Below, piece after piece: positions 18,343 to 26,590 of a stretch of 64,000 bases of DNA (position 1 is its first letter; each line of letters starts with the position of its first letter). The stretch is from a bacterium (GTDB lineage Bacteria; Patescibacteriota; JABMPQ01; JBDRIV01). Under the pieces are notes generated by a model that worked only from the letters and a program-made list of their open reading frames with translations, was not told where the DNA came from and made no database searches. The position numbers were made by a program, and so were the translations under genes. Location: the NCBI GenBank assembly GCA_043815505.1, contig JBDRIV010000002.1, forward strand, positions 502,943-566,942, given 5' to 3'.

Positions 18343-18470
18343 ATAAGCTGATCCCGACTATACGGTCGGCTGAGGAATTTCACCTCATCAGCCCAGCTCC
18401 AGTTTTAAACAAACTGGGTCTGGGGTAGACGGCTGTAACGTCCGATTGGCGAATTGCACGCCACCCTAGA
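18343..18470. ncRNA. Candidate structured RNA: GC-rich, hairpin-dense element between divergent genes (identity unknown)
   Basis: Five consecutive perfect or near-perfect hairpins in ~130 nt: CCGAC-TATAC-GGTCGG; GGCTGAGG-AATTTCA-CCTCATCAGCC; CCAG-TTTTAAACAAA-CTGG nested inside CCCAG...CTGGG; GACGG-CTGTAAC-GTCCG; GGCGAATTGCACGCC. The whole is enclosed by GGGT...ACCC. GC content is far above the surrounding DNA. Confidence 0.35.
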
Positions 18471-18518
18471 TTTGTAAAATAATACTAGCATATAAGCTTC
18501 TACTGTCAACTAGAAGTT

Positions 18519-18545
18519 TTATCCAAAATTTGCTATAATTTTTAT
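18519..18545 (+). promoter_or_regulatory. Putative sigma70-type -10 (TATAAT at 18532-18537) giving a leaderless or near-leaderless transcript for the 18546 gene
   Basis: TTTGCTATAATTTTTATATG: the extended -10 ends 8 nt before the ATG, and there is no SD. Confidence 0.35.
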
Positions 18546-19325
18546 ATGTCTGAATACTATAATGCCAAAAGGCAAAGAAACTTATACGATCCTGAAGAGA
18601 AAAGACCATTTAGAATTAGTCGATCAAAAATCGACTTATTTTTGGCTTGCCCACGTTGCTTTTATTTGGATAGAAGACTAGGAACTGATAGACCTCCTGG
18701 GTATCCTTTTGCTCTTAATTCAGCGATTGACTTTTTACTAAAAAAGGAATTTGATGTTCATCGTGCCAAAAAGGAAACTCATCCTTTAATGAAAGAGTAT
18801 GGAATTGATGCCATTCCCTACGATCATGAAAAAATGAATGAGTGGAGAGAAAATTTTAAGGGCGTACAATATTTTGATGAACAAAATAACTTTTATATAA
18901 CAGGTGCAATTGATGATTTATGGATTAACCCTAAAGGTGAAACCCATGTAGTAGATTATAAATCCACTGCCAAGGAAGCAGAAGTTAATATTGATGCATC
19001 GTGGCAAATTAGTTACAAAAGACAAATGGAAGTTTATCAGTGGTTGCTGCGAAAAAATGGTCTTAAAGTTTCTAATACCGGATACTTTGTTTATGCCAAT
19101 GGCATAACCGACAAAAAAGCTTTTGATGCCAAATTAGAATTTGATATTAAAATAATTCCATACGATGGTGACGATAAATGGATTGAACCAACGTTAAAAG
19201 ATATGAAAAAATATTTGGATGCTAAAAAGATTCCTGCAGCTTCTCGCGATTGTGATTTTTGTAATTATCGCTCGGCTGCCTATGATTTAGAACATAAAAA
19301 AGGTGAGCAGTCTTCCTTATTTTAA
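18546..19325 (+). CDS. PD-(D/E)XK nuclease superfamily protein (Cas4/RecB-like, with Cys cluster)
   Basis: 259 aa. Motifs ITGAIDDLW (D), VVDYKS (E-x-K), QMEVYQWLL (QxxxY). N-terminal CPRCFY plus C-terminal CDFCNY provide the four Cys typical of Cas4-type Fe-S nucleases. Confidence 0.6.
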   Translation: MSEYYNAKRQRNLYDPEEKRPFRISRSKIDLFLACPRCFYLDRRLGTDRPPGYPFALNSAIDFLLKKEFDVHRAKKETHPLMKEYGIDAIPYDHEKMNEWRENFKGVQYFDEQNNFYITGAIDDLWINPKGETHVVDYKSTAKEAEVNIDASWQISYKRQMEVYQWLLRKNGLKVSNTGYFVYANGITDKKAFDAKLEFDIKIIPYDGDDKWIEPTLKDMKKYLDAKKIPAASRDCDFCNYRSAAYDLEHKKGEQSSLF

Positions 19326-19340
19326 TATAAATAAAATATT

Positions 19341-19592
19341 ATGAAAAAATGGAAATTAATTATTGTTTCGACAATAATTGTTTTTATATTAGCTATTGCT
19401 TTATGGCTTACTTGGGGTTGGTGGGAACTTTTAATTGAAGATGAAACAAATATCATATCAGTCGAACCAGCGCTGGAAAATAATTTTGGCTTTTTAATTA
19501 GTTATAAGGAATTCTCTCTGGAAATAAATGAAAAATTAAATCCTAACAAACCACTTGATGCTTATAATTTAATATTTAGTAAATATGAATAA
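19341..19592 (+). CDS. Hypothetical small membrane protein (83 aa)
   Basis: Single TM (LIIVSTIIVFILAIALWLTWGWW). Overlaps the next gene by 8 nt. Confidence 0.4.
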   Translation: MKKWKLIIVSTIIVFILAIALWLTWGWWELLIEDETNIISVEPALENNFGFLISYKEFSLEINEKLNPNKPLDAYNLIFSKYE

Positions 19593-20166
19593 CAAATCGC
19601 TAGCTAATTTTCTGTTTGAAATAGGAATTCTTTCTAAAACTCCCCGAAGCGGATTTCATCTATTGGGGAGCGGGGAACAATCGGTGGCCGAGCACGTTCA
19701 CCGGACCGTCTATTCAGGTTATGTACTGGCAATGATGGAAGGAAACGTGAATATTGAGAAGGTTTTGAAAATGTGTTTATTCCATGATCTAGCTGAAGGC
19801 AGAACGAGTGATCTAAATTATGTTCATCAACAATATGCTAAAGCAGACGAAATGGAAGCGGCCAGAGATATAGCCAAAGAACTTGATTTTGGTGATGATA
19901 TTATAGAAATCTTAAATGAGTATAAAGAACGAAAAACAATTGAATCTAAAATCGCTAAAGATGCAGATAATATTGAGTGGTTACTTTCTTTAAAAGAGCA
20001 AGTTGATATTGGTAATAAAAGAGCTGAAACCTGGTTACCGTCAGCTGAAAAAAGACTCAAAACAGATTCCGCCAAAGAACTGGCCAAGAAAATAATTGCT
20101 ACTGCGTCTGACGATTGGTGGTTTTCTGACAAGGAATCAGATTGGTGGGTAAACAGGAAGAAATAA
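19585..20166 (+). CDS. HD-domain phosphohydrolase (YfbR-like 5'-deoxynucleotidase family)
   Basis: 193 aa. H...HD motif (AEHVHRT...CLFHDLAEGRTSDL) and the downstream conserved D of the HD superfamily. Confidence 0.7.
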   Translation: MNNKSLANFLFEIGILSKTPRSGFHLLGSGEQSVAEHVHRTVYSGYVLAMMEGNVNIEKVLKMCLFHDLAEGRTSDLNYVHQQYAKADEMEAARDIAKELDFGDDIIEILNEYKERKTIESKIAKDADNIEWLLSLKEQVDIGNKRAETWLPSAEKRLKTDSAKELAKKIIATASDDWWFSDKESDWWVNRKK

Positions 20167-20234
20167 TATTATCTACATCTACTATTGACAACGATTACTA
20201 ATATGTTAATATTTATATATTAAGTAATTCTTAA

Positions 20235-20567
20235 ATGTATAAATATATGATTACGGATAAAGAATTGGCTATCATAAAAGAGAAAATAAATAAATCTAAT
20301 GATAGAATAACGATATTATTTCATACCTTAGGTGATCCCTGTCGGATGAAAATATTCAAAACTTTGTTAACTAGACACGACCTGTGTGTAGGCGACATCG
20401 CTAGACTTTGTAATGTTAGTCCTTCAGCGGCTTCACAACAACTGCGTATTATGGAAATGTCTGGTATTGTAAAAAGAGAAAGAATTAAACAAATGGTTTG
20501 TTACCATGTTACAAGTAGTGATAGTAATATAAAAAATATTGCTACGCTGGTTAAAAAATATCTATAA
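20235..20567 (+). CDS. ArsR/SmtB-family transcriptional regulator
   Basis: 110 aa. wHTH region ILFHTLGDPCRMKIFKTLLTRHDLCVGDIARLCNVSPSAASQQLRIMEMSGIV. The two Cys (C..C) suggest metal or redox sensing. Confidence 0.75.
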   Translation: MYKYMITDKELAIIKEKINKSNDRITILFHTLGDPCRMKIFKTLLTRHDLCVGDIARLCNVSPSAASQQLRIMEMSGIVKRERIKQMVCYHVTSSDSNIKNIATLVKKYL

Positions 20568-20574
20568 TTAATAA

Positions 20575-20814
20575 TTGCAAATGAATAGTGTAATAATTTA
20601 CACCACTCCAACTTGTGGTTATTGCAAACTGGCTAAAGAATTTTTCAAGGACAACAGTGTTGAATACGAAGAAAAAGATGTTGCTACTGATAGAGAAGCT
20701 GCTGAAGAAATGGTTAAGAAATCTGGTCAAATGGGAGTTCCGGTAATTGATGTTAACGGAGAACTTATTGTTGGTTTCGACAAAGCCAAGTTGGCAGAGT
20801 TGTTGAAGATTTAA
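20575..20814 (+). CDS. Glutaredoxin-like protein (thioredoxin fold, CGYC active site)
   Basis: 79 aa. VIIYTTPTCGYCKLAKEFF...GVPVIDVNGELIVGFD is the YruB/NrdH-like glutaredoxin pattern. Confidence 0.8.
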   Translation: MQMNSVIIYTTPTCGYCKLAKEFFKDNSVEYEEKDVATDREAAEEMVKKSGQMGVPVIDVNGELIVGFDKAKLAELLKI

Positions 20815-20819
20815 AAGAC

Positions 20820-20848
20820 AGCCCGTTTTAATTGACGGGCTTCTTTAT
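20820..20848 (+). terminator. Rho-independent terminator
   Basis: AGCCCGT-TTTAATTG-ACGGGCT followed by TCTTTAT, immediately after the glutaredoxin stop. Confidence 0.6.
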
Positions 20849-20861
20849 AATAAACAAAAAC

Positions 20862-21509
20862 ATGAATACAAAATTTAAACTATGGTTTAATAGCATTATT
20901 TTTAGTGTTTTCACTTTTATAGTGGCTATTTTTTATCATTTAGTAAGTAATAATACTAGCAATATAAATCTTTTGTTGATTAATAGAGCGTTAGGGGATT
21001 CGGCTATTGTTATTGTATCCATTTCTTTAGCTTTTAGTTGCCTAGCATACTTTTGGAATTTTGTGGACAAACAAATTATATATAGAAAGCATTTAGGTTT
21101 GGTGGGATTTAATCTGGCTTTATTACACGGGACAATTTCTTTATTTTTTTTACCCAATAATTTTGAGTTTTTAAATTACTATTTGGCTCCTGGTAATAGA
21201 TTGCCATTTATATTGGCCCTAATTTCCTTATTGATTTTAATGACCATGACACTGGCTTCCAATAATCCATCCATCAAATCGATGGGAGCAAAAAAATGGA
21301 AAATTCTGATGCGCTTTGGTTTTGTGGCCTTACTTTTCGCTCTGACTCACTTTACTTTAAAAAAATATTCAAGTTGGTTTGAATGGAATTTTTCTGATCA
21401 TAATTATCTACCTCCACTTAGTTTAATTGTCTTTGTTTTGGGTTTATTTTCATTACTATTGCGAATATCTTTATATTTTAATAAAATAAATAAAGAAAAA
21501 AAACATTGA
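20862..21509 (+). CDS. Polytopic membrane protein, possibly ferric-reductase/MsrQ-like heme-binding TM domain
   Basis: About 215 aa with 6 TM helices and conserved His in TM segments (LALLHG, LTHFTL). Start taken at ATG 20862 because the TTG at 20832 lies inside the terminator hairpin. Family call is weak. Confidence 0.35.
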   Translation: MNTKFKLWFNSIIFSVFTFIVAIFYHLVSNNTSNINLLLINRALGDSAIVIVSISLAFSCLAYFWNFVDKQIIYRKHLGLVGFNLALLHGTISLFFLPNNFEFLNYYLAPGNRLPFILALISLLILMTMTLASNNPSIKSMGAKKWKILMRFGFVALLFALTHFTLKKYSSWFEWNFSDHNYLPPLSLIVFVLGLFSLLLRISLYFNKINKEKKH

Positions 21510-21562
21510 CTGATATTCCTTATTATGTTATAATATCTCTAGATAAAAACAAAAATTAAACA

Positions 21563-22951
21563 ATGACAAATAAACGACTATTTCTTAGTATTATAGCGAT
21601 TTTATGTGTGTTTCTAGCGCCAAATTTGGCCCTAGGAAGCGATTTTCACGTTCCACAAGTGAAAGTATATAATTCACGCAATTTGAATATTGACGTGGAT
21701 TTTTTAGCTTTTGACGAAAATTTTGGTGGCGGTGGAAGAATCGCTTTAGGTGATTTTGATGGTAATGGTTATGACGAAATTTTGGTTGGCTCTGGTAGGG
21801 GAAGTTCTCATGTTAGAGTTTTCGATAAGCTGGGAAATCCCACTCAATTTTCAATATTTCCTTTTCATCCTGATTTTAAAGGTGGAGTGGATGTGGCCGC
21901 TGGTGATGTAGATGGAGATGGCGCTGACGAAATTATTTTATCACAATTATCTGGAGGTCAAGCTTGGATAAAAGTTTATGACTATAATGGTTATATAAAA
22001 TCAAATTTCTTGGCTTTTAATGAAGATTTTCATGGTGGTGCTTATGTAGCTGCTGGTGATGTAACTGGAGACGGCATTGCCGAAATAATTGTGGGGGCAG
22101 GTTTAACTGGAAATAAAGTTAAAGTTTTTGATGGTATTGGCAATGATTTAAAATATGATTTATATCCATATGGTTATAGTTATCAGGGCGGTGTCGATGT
22201 GGCTGTGGCTGATATGGATTATGGTAAGAAGGCAGAAATTGTTACTTCAGTAGCAGCGGCTGGACAAGCTAGAATCAAGGTTTACAAATATAATGGTTTG
22301 CGAACAATTATTGGAGAATTTTTAGCCTATGGTGAAGATCATCAAGATGGATCATTTATAACAGCTCTTGATATTGATAAAGATGAAATTGCCGAAATTG
22401 TAACGGGAGTTGCTAATAGTGGCGGACCTCATGTTCGAGCTTTTGAATTTTGGGGACAGCCTTTAAACATTAGTTTTCATGCCTTGGCTTCTGATTTTCG
22501 AGGTGGATTAGATGTAACATTGGGTGATTTGGATGGAGGCGATGCTAAAGAATTATTAGTTATTCCCAGTGCCTATGAAAAAAGAGGTAGAACCGATTTA
22601 GATAAATATATCGAAGTTGATTTATCGGAACAAAAATTATATGCTTACGAAAAAGGAGTCTTGTATAAAGAATATTTAATTTCTTCCGGCCTACCCGGAA
22701 CACCTTCACCTCAAGGAGAGTTTGCTGTTACTCGCCATCAAGAATCTAAATTGTATTCTGGCCCAGGTTTTTATCTACCAAACACTTTATGGAATATGAA
22801 TTTCTATGGACCGTATTATATTCACGGAGCCTACTGGCATAATAATTTTGGTCATCCAATGAGTCATGGTTGTATAAATATGCGTACAGAGGAAGCCAAA
22901 ATAATGTATGATTTTGCACCTGATGGTACCAAGGTAATAATCCACGAATAA
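21563..22951 (+). CDS. Secreted FG-GAP-repeat beta-propeller protein fused to a C-terminal L,D-transpeptidase (YkuD) domain
   Basis: 462 aa with a signal peptide. Repeated GDFDGNGYDEILVGSG / GDVDGDGADEIIL / GDVTGDGIAEIIVGAG / GDLDGGDAKELLV FG-GAP-type Ca-binding repeats. C-terminus GEFAVTRHQ...YIHGAYWHNNFGHPMSHGCINM is the LDT catalytic His/Cys motif. Confidence 0.75.
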   Translation: MTNKRLFLSIIAILCVFLAPNLALGSDFHVPQVKVYNSRNLNIDVDFLAFDENFGGGGRIALGDFDGNGYDEILVGSGRGSSHVRVFDKLGNPTQFSIFPFHPDFKGGVDVAAGDVDGDGADEIILSQLSGGQAWIKVYDYNGYIKSNFLAFNEDFHGGAYVAAGDVTGDGIAEIIVGAGLTGNKVKVFDGIGNDLKYDLYPYGYSYQGGVDVAVADMDYGKKAEIVTSVAAAGQARIKVYKYNGLRTIIGEFLAYGEDHQDGSFITALDIDKDEIAEIVTGVANSGGPHVRAFEFWGQPLNISFHALASDFRGGLDVTLGDLDGGDAKELLVIPSAYEKRGRTDLDKYIEVDLSEQKLYAYEKGVLYKEYLISSGLPGTPSPQGEFAVTRHQESKLYSGPGFYLPNTLWNMNFYGPYYIHGAYWHNNFGHPMSHGCINMRTEEAKIMYDFAPDGTKVIIHE

Positions 22952-22967
22952 TATTTGTTAAAATAAG

Positions 22968-22993
22968 ACCGCATAATATAAGCGGTTTTTTTG
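22968..22993 (+). terminator. Rho-independent terminator
   Basis: ACCGC-ATAATATAA-GCGGT followed by TTTTTTT. Confidence 0.6.
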
Positions 22994-23063
22994 TATTTGT
23001 TTATGGTATTGTAATTTAATGTAGAATTATTTATAATAAACAAGTTAATTAAATTTCAAATAT

Positions 23064-24320
23064 ATGAAATACGATGTTAAATCTCTAAAACTTGCCAGCG
23101 AAGGCAAAAAAAGAATTGAATGGGCAAATCGTTCTATGCCCGTTTTGCAATTAATTCAAGAACGATTTAAAAAAGAAAAACCTTTGGCGGGTGTTCGTGT
23201 GAGTGCTTGTTTGCATGTTACCACCGAAACTGCCAACTTAATGAAGACCTTAAAAGCTGGTGGGGCTGAAGTTGCTTTGTGTGCTTCTAATCCACTTTCT
23301 ACTCAAGATGATGTGGCTGCCTCCCTTGTTAAAGACGAAAAGATTTCAACCTTTGCCATCAAAAGTGAAAATAAACAACAATATTATAAGCACCTAAATT
23401 CTGTCCTTGCTATTAAACCTCATGTCACAATGGATGATGGCGCTGATTTAGTTTCTGCACTGCATGGCAAGAAAAAGAATTTAGCTAAAGGTTTATTTGG
23501 TTCAACCGAAGAAACCACTACAGGTGTTATTCGTTTAAAATCTTTAGCCAAAGAAGGCAAGCTCAATTTTCCTGTTATTGCTGTTAATGATGCTTTAACC
23601 AAACATTTATTTGATAATCGTTATGGCACTGGACAAAGTACAATTGACGGTATTATTCGTGCCACCAATGTTTTGTTGGCTGGAAAGAATGTTGTTGTGG
23701 CTGGATATGGTTGGTGTGGACGCGGTGTCGCTATGCGAGCACAGGGACTGGGCGCTAAAGTAATTATCACAGAAATTGATCCCGTGAAAGCTATCGAAGC
23801 CACTATGGATGGTTTTGCTGTAATGTCTATGGAAAAAGCCTGTAAAATCGGTGATGTATTTGTAACTCTAACTGGTAATCGGGACATTTTGGATAAACAT
23901 CATTTTAAAGCCATGAAAGATGGAGCAATCATATGCAATTCCGGTCACTTTGATATAGAAATTAATGTAAAAGCCTTACAAAAAATGGCTAAACTGAGAA
24001 AGGAAATTCGACCTTTTAATGTTGAATATACTTTATCTGGAGGAAAAAGAATTATTCTTTTAGCAGAGGGTCGTTTAATAAATTTGGCCTCAGCTGAAGG
24101 ACATCCCGCTGCTGTAATGGACATGAGTTTTGCTGGGCAAGCACTTTCCTGTGAATATATGGTAAAGAATCATAAGCAATTAAAAAATGAAGTCTACACT
24201 GTACCGGAACACTTAGACAAAAATATTGCTAAATTAAAACTCAAATCTATGGGAATTGGAATTGATAAACTAACACTGCTACAGAAGAAGTATCTTAATT
24301 CCTGGGACATTGGAACTTAA
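23064..24320 (+). CDS. ahcY: Adenosylhomocysteinase (S-adenosyl-L-homocysteine hydrolase)
   Basis: 418 aa. N-terminal SAHH domain ([30 protein letters not shown]), NAD-binding [27 protein letters not shown], and C-terminal dimerisation helix. Confidence 0.9.
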   Translation: MKYDVKSLKLASEGKKRIEWANRSMPVLQLIQERFKKEKPLAGVRVSACLHVTTETANLMKTLKAGGAEVALCASNPLSTQDDVAASLVKDEKISTFAIKSENKQQYYKHLNSVLAIKPHVTMDDGADLVSALHGKKKNLAKGLFGSTEETTTGVIRLKSLAKEGKLNFPVIAVNDALTKHLFDNRYGTGQSTIDGIIRATNVLLAGKNVVVAGYGWCGRGVAMRAQGLGAKVIITEIDPVKAIEATMDGFAVMSMEKACKIGDVFVTLTGNRDILDKHHFKAMKDGAIICNSGHFDIEINVKALQKMAKLRKEIRPFNVEYTLSGGKRIILLAEGRLINLASAEGHPAAVMDMSFAGQALSCEYMVKNHKQLKNEVYTVPEHLDKNIAKLKLKSMGIGIDKLTLLQKKYLNSWDIGT

Positions 24321-24334
24321 TACAAATAAAAAAG

Positions 24335-24358
24335 GCGCTTCGCCAGAAGCGCTTTTTT
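24335..24358. terminator. Bidirectional intrinsic terminator
   Basis: GCGCTTC-GCCA-GAAGCGC flanked by A5 upstream and T6 downstream. Serves the convergent ahcY (+) and rhodanese (-) genes. Confidence 0.65.
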
Positions 24359-24374
24359 GATTAACAAATATTAA

Positions 24375-25187
24375 CTAAAATCCAGCGTCAATCCAAGCTT
24401 CGATACCACCGGTGAGAATTTTTATATTCTTATATTCCTGTCTAATCATTTCCTGAGCAGCTAAACGAGATTTTAATCCCATTTCGTCATAGATAATTAC
24501 CTCAACATTTTTACTTTGCACATTGGCAGATAATGTACTGGAAAAATCTATGAAAGGAATGTTAATCGCTCCGGGGATTTTGAAGTAATCATAAGCAGTT
24601 TTTTCTCTAATATCGATAATAACTAAACTTTTGTTTGTCTTTAGTAATTGATTTAATTCTGTGGTCGTAATTTCTGCAATCGCAGTATGTTCCACACTTG
24701 CAGTTCCTTCTAAATCATAGCCGTTGTTGTTCCATTCGGTAACACCATCAGGAATTAAATAAGCGTTTTCCCAAGCTAGCTCATTAAGTTTTTGATCGGC
24801 CACTATGCACTCTAAACTATTACAAATAAAGGCATAAGTGTCATAATTTTCAGCTTCTTCTTGAAGTTCAATTGAGGCTAAATCGGAGTTTATAGAACCA
24901 GGAATATGCAATTCTTCATAATCCGATGCCGAACGTAAGTCAATAACAAATATACTTTCGTTATTATCTAGTTTGTTTTTTAGTTCTTGCGAAGTCATTA
25001 CACCCACAATTGATCCCACGACAGTATCATCGGGATTAATTAACTCTTTAGGTTTAGTGTGAGTAATTAAAGTAGATCTATTTCCAATTGGTAAAAAATA
25101 GGAAACATATAATACACCAGCCACAATTGCTAAAATAACAAATCCGCTAAAAATCATTAAGTTAGTTTTTTTGTCGTAATTATCCAT
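24375..25187 (-). CDS. Membrane-anchored tandem rhodanese-domain protein
   Basis: 270 aa. N-terminal TM, then two rhodanese-like modules (…FVIDLRSASDYEELHIPGSIN…FICNSLECIV… and …VIIDIREKTAYDYFKIPGAINIP…VIIYDEMGLKSRLAAQEM). Confidence 0.6.
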   Translation of the reverse strand: MDNYDKKTNLMIFSGFVILAIVAGVLYVSYFLPIGNRSTLITHTKPKELINPDDTVVGSIVGVMTSQELKNKLDNNESIFVIDLRSASDYEELHIPGSINSDLASIELQEEAENYDTYAFICNSLECIVADQKLNELAWENAYLIPDGVTEWNNNGYDLEGTASVEHTAIAEITTTELNQLLKTNKSLVIIDIREKTAYDYFKIPGAINIPFIDFSSTLSANVQSKNVEVIIYDEMGLKSRLAAQEMIRQEYKNIKILTGGIEAWIDAGF

Positions 25188-26133
25188 TGGTGAGATTTAA
25201 TATTTTATTTTTCAAAAATCCGTTAATGAATTCAGTAGAATTCATTTCCTTTTTACCTTCTAATTTTAGCTTATAAGCAACAAGTTGTCCATTATTACAG
25301 CCAATTACAATTTGACTGTTTTGAACTTTAATTTGACCAGCTTCTAAATTGCTTATATTGCTAGCTTTTACCTCAATAATTTCCAATTTTTTGTTTTCAA
25401 AATAAGTAAAAGATTTGGGAAATATTTGATAAGCCTTTATTTGCTGATAAATTTTATCAGCTGATTTGGTCCAGTCTATTAAACCATCAGCTTTTTCCAA
25501 TTTCTTTGTAAGCGTAGCTTCCTTTTCATCTTGTTTTTGTAATTCAATTTTTCCTTCAATATAATTTGGTAAAACATTTACCAATTCCTTAGCCCCTGTT
25601 TCTGATAACTTTTTGGACAAAGAAATAAAATCATCTGTGGTTGTAATTTCAATTTCTGCTTGCGAAATTATATCTCCCGTATCAACTCCTGCATCCATTT
25701 TCATAATAGTAATACCAGTTTTTAACTCCCCATTTTTAATCGCTTCTTGAATAGGCGAAGAACCGCGATATTTAGGTAGCAATGAAGCGTGGACATTAAC
25801 ACATCCATACTGAGGATAATTTAGAGTTTCTGCTGGCAAAATAAATCCAAAAGCACAAACAATTATTATATCTGGATTTATTTTATTTAAATAATTATTC
25901 CAGCTATTATTTTTTAAATTTTCAGGTTGAAATATTTTTAAATTATTTTTGTTAGCAATATTTTTAATCGGTGGGGGAGTTATGTCTTGCTTACGACCAA
26001 CTTTTTTATCTTTTTGTGTTACCACAGAAACTATGTTCAACTTGTTATTTAATAAAGATTCTAAAACGGGTACAGCAAATTCTGGTGTACCCATAAACAT
26101 TATTTTACAATCTTCTTTATTTATTTTTGTCAC
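25180..26133 (-). CDS. fmt: Methionyl-tRNA formyltransferase
   Basis: 317 aa. KIMFMGTPEFAVPVLESLL N-terminus, the formyltransferase SLLP loop (HASLLPKYRGSSPIQEAI), and a C-terminal tRNA-binding domain. Alternative start at 26100 would remove the 17-nt overlap with def. Confidence 0.9.
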   Translation of the reverse strand: MTKINKEDCKIMFMGTPEFAVPVLESLLNNKLNIVSVVTQKDKKVGRKQDITPPPIKNIANKNNLKIFQPENLKNNSWNNYLNKINPDIIIVCAFGFILPAETLNYPQYGCVNVHASLLPKYRGSSPIQEAIKNGELKTGITIMKMDAGVDTGDIISQAEIEITTTDDFISLSKKLSETGAKELVNVLPNYIEGKIELQKQDEKEATLTKKLEKADGLIDWTKSADKIYQQIKAYQIFPKSFTYFENKKLEIIEVKASNISNLEAGQIKVQNSQIVIGCNNGQLVAYKLKLEGKKEMNSTEFINGFLKNKILNLTNG

Positions 26134-26590
26134 AATGCTTGAGAATTAGAATTCCATTTAAATGATCAACTTCGTGTTGAATAACTCGCGCCATCATTCC
26201 TTCGGCTTTAAATTTAATTTTTTCTCCCTTTTCATTATACGCTTTAACTTTTATTTTAAATGCTCTAGTAACCGGGCAAAATAAATCAGGAACGCTCAAA
26301 CAACCCTCCTCCATGCTTTCTTTTTTGCGTGAAAACCAAACAATTCTCGGATTAACTAAAACCATATCATTATCAATGGTAGCAATTACACAGATTTTAT
26401 AAGAGACATTTATTTGCGGAGCAGCTAGTCCAACACCATCCTTGACGTGCATAGTTTTTTTCATATCGCGAATAAGTATTTTGAAATCTGAACTGGCAAA
26501 ATCACCTTTAAAATCCTGAGTTCCCTTGGTTAAAACTTCAGGTATATCTTTATAAGGTTTTTTAGTTGTAATTATTTTTCGTAACGCCAT
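26117..26590 (-). CDS. def: Peptide deformylase
   Basis: 157 aa. Motifs GVGLAAPQI, EGCLSVP, HEVDHLNG. Confidence 0.92.
   Translation of the reverse strand: MALRKIITTKKPYKDIPEVLTKGTQDFKGDFASSDFKILIRDMKKTMHVKDGVGLAAPQINVSYKICVIATIDNDMVLVNPRIVWFSRKKESMEEGCLSVPDLFCPVTRAFKIKVKAYNEKGEKIKFKAEGMMARVIQHEVDHLNGILILKHCDKNK

Noticed and set aside
18377-18403. CUGAUGA-containing hairpin on the minus strand (GGCUGAUGAGGUGAAAUUCCUCAGCC) resembling a hammerhead ribozyme core
   Set aside because: After the putative stem II there is no GAAA / stem III arrangement and no NUH cleavage-site context. It folds more simply as a single bulged hairpin.
18343-18470. Guanidine-I (ykkC) riboswitch, suggested by the CUAGGGU start and the EamA/DMT-family downstream gene
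   Set aside because: From memory of the ykkC consensus, the conserved UUCCG, CCGAGAG, ACGR and GGGA elements are absent. Only the first 7 nt resemble it. Left as an unclassified structured RNA.
20832-20861. TTG start at 20832 for the membrane protein (as in the ORF track)
   Set aside because: The TTG lies inside the terminator hairpin of the glutaredoxin gene. The ATG at 20862 is the more plausible start.
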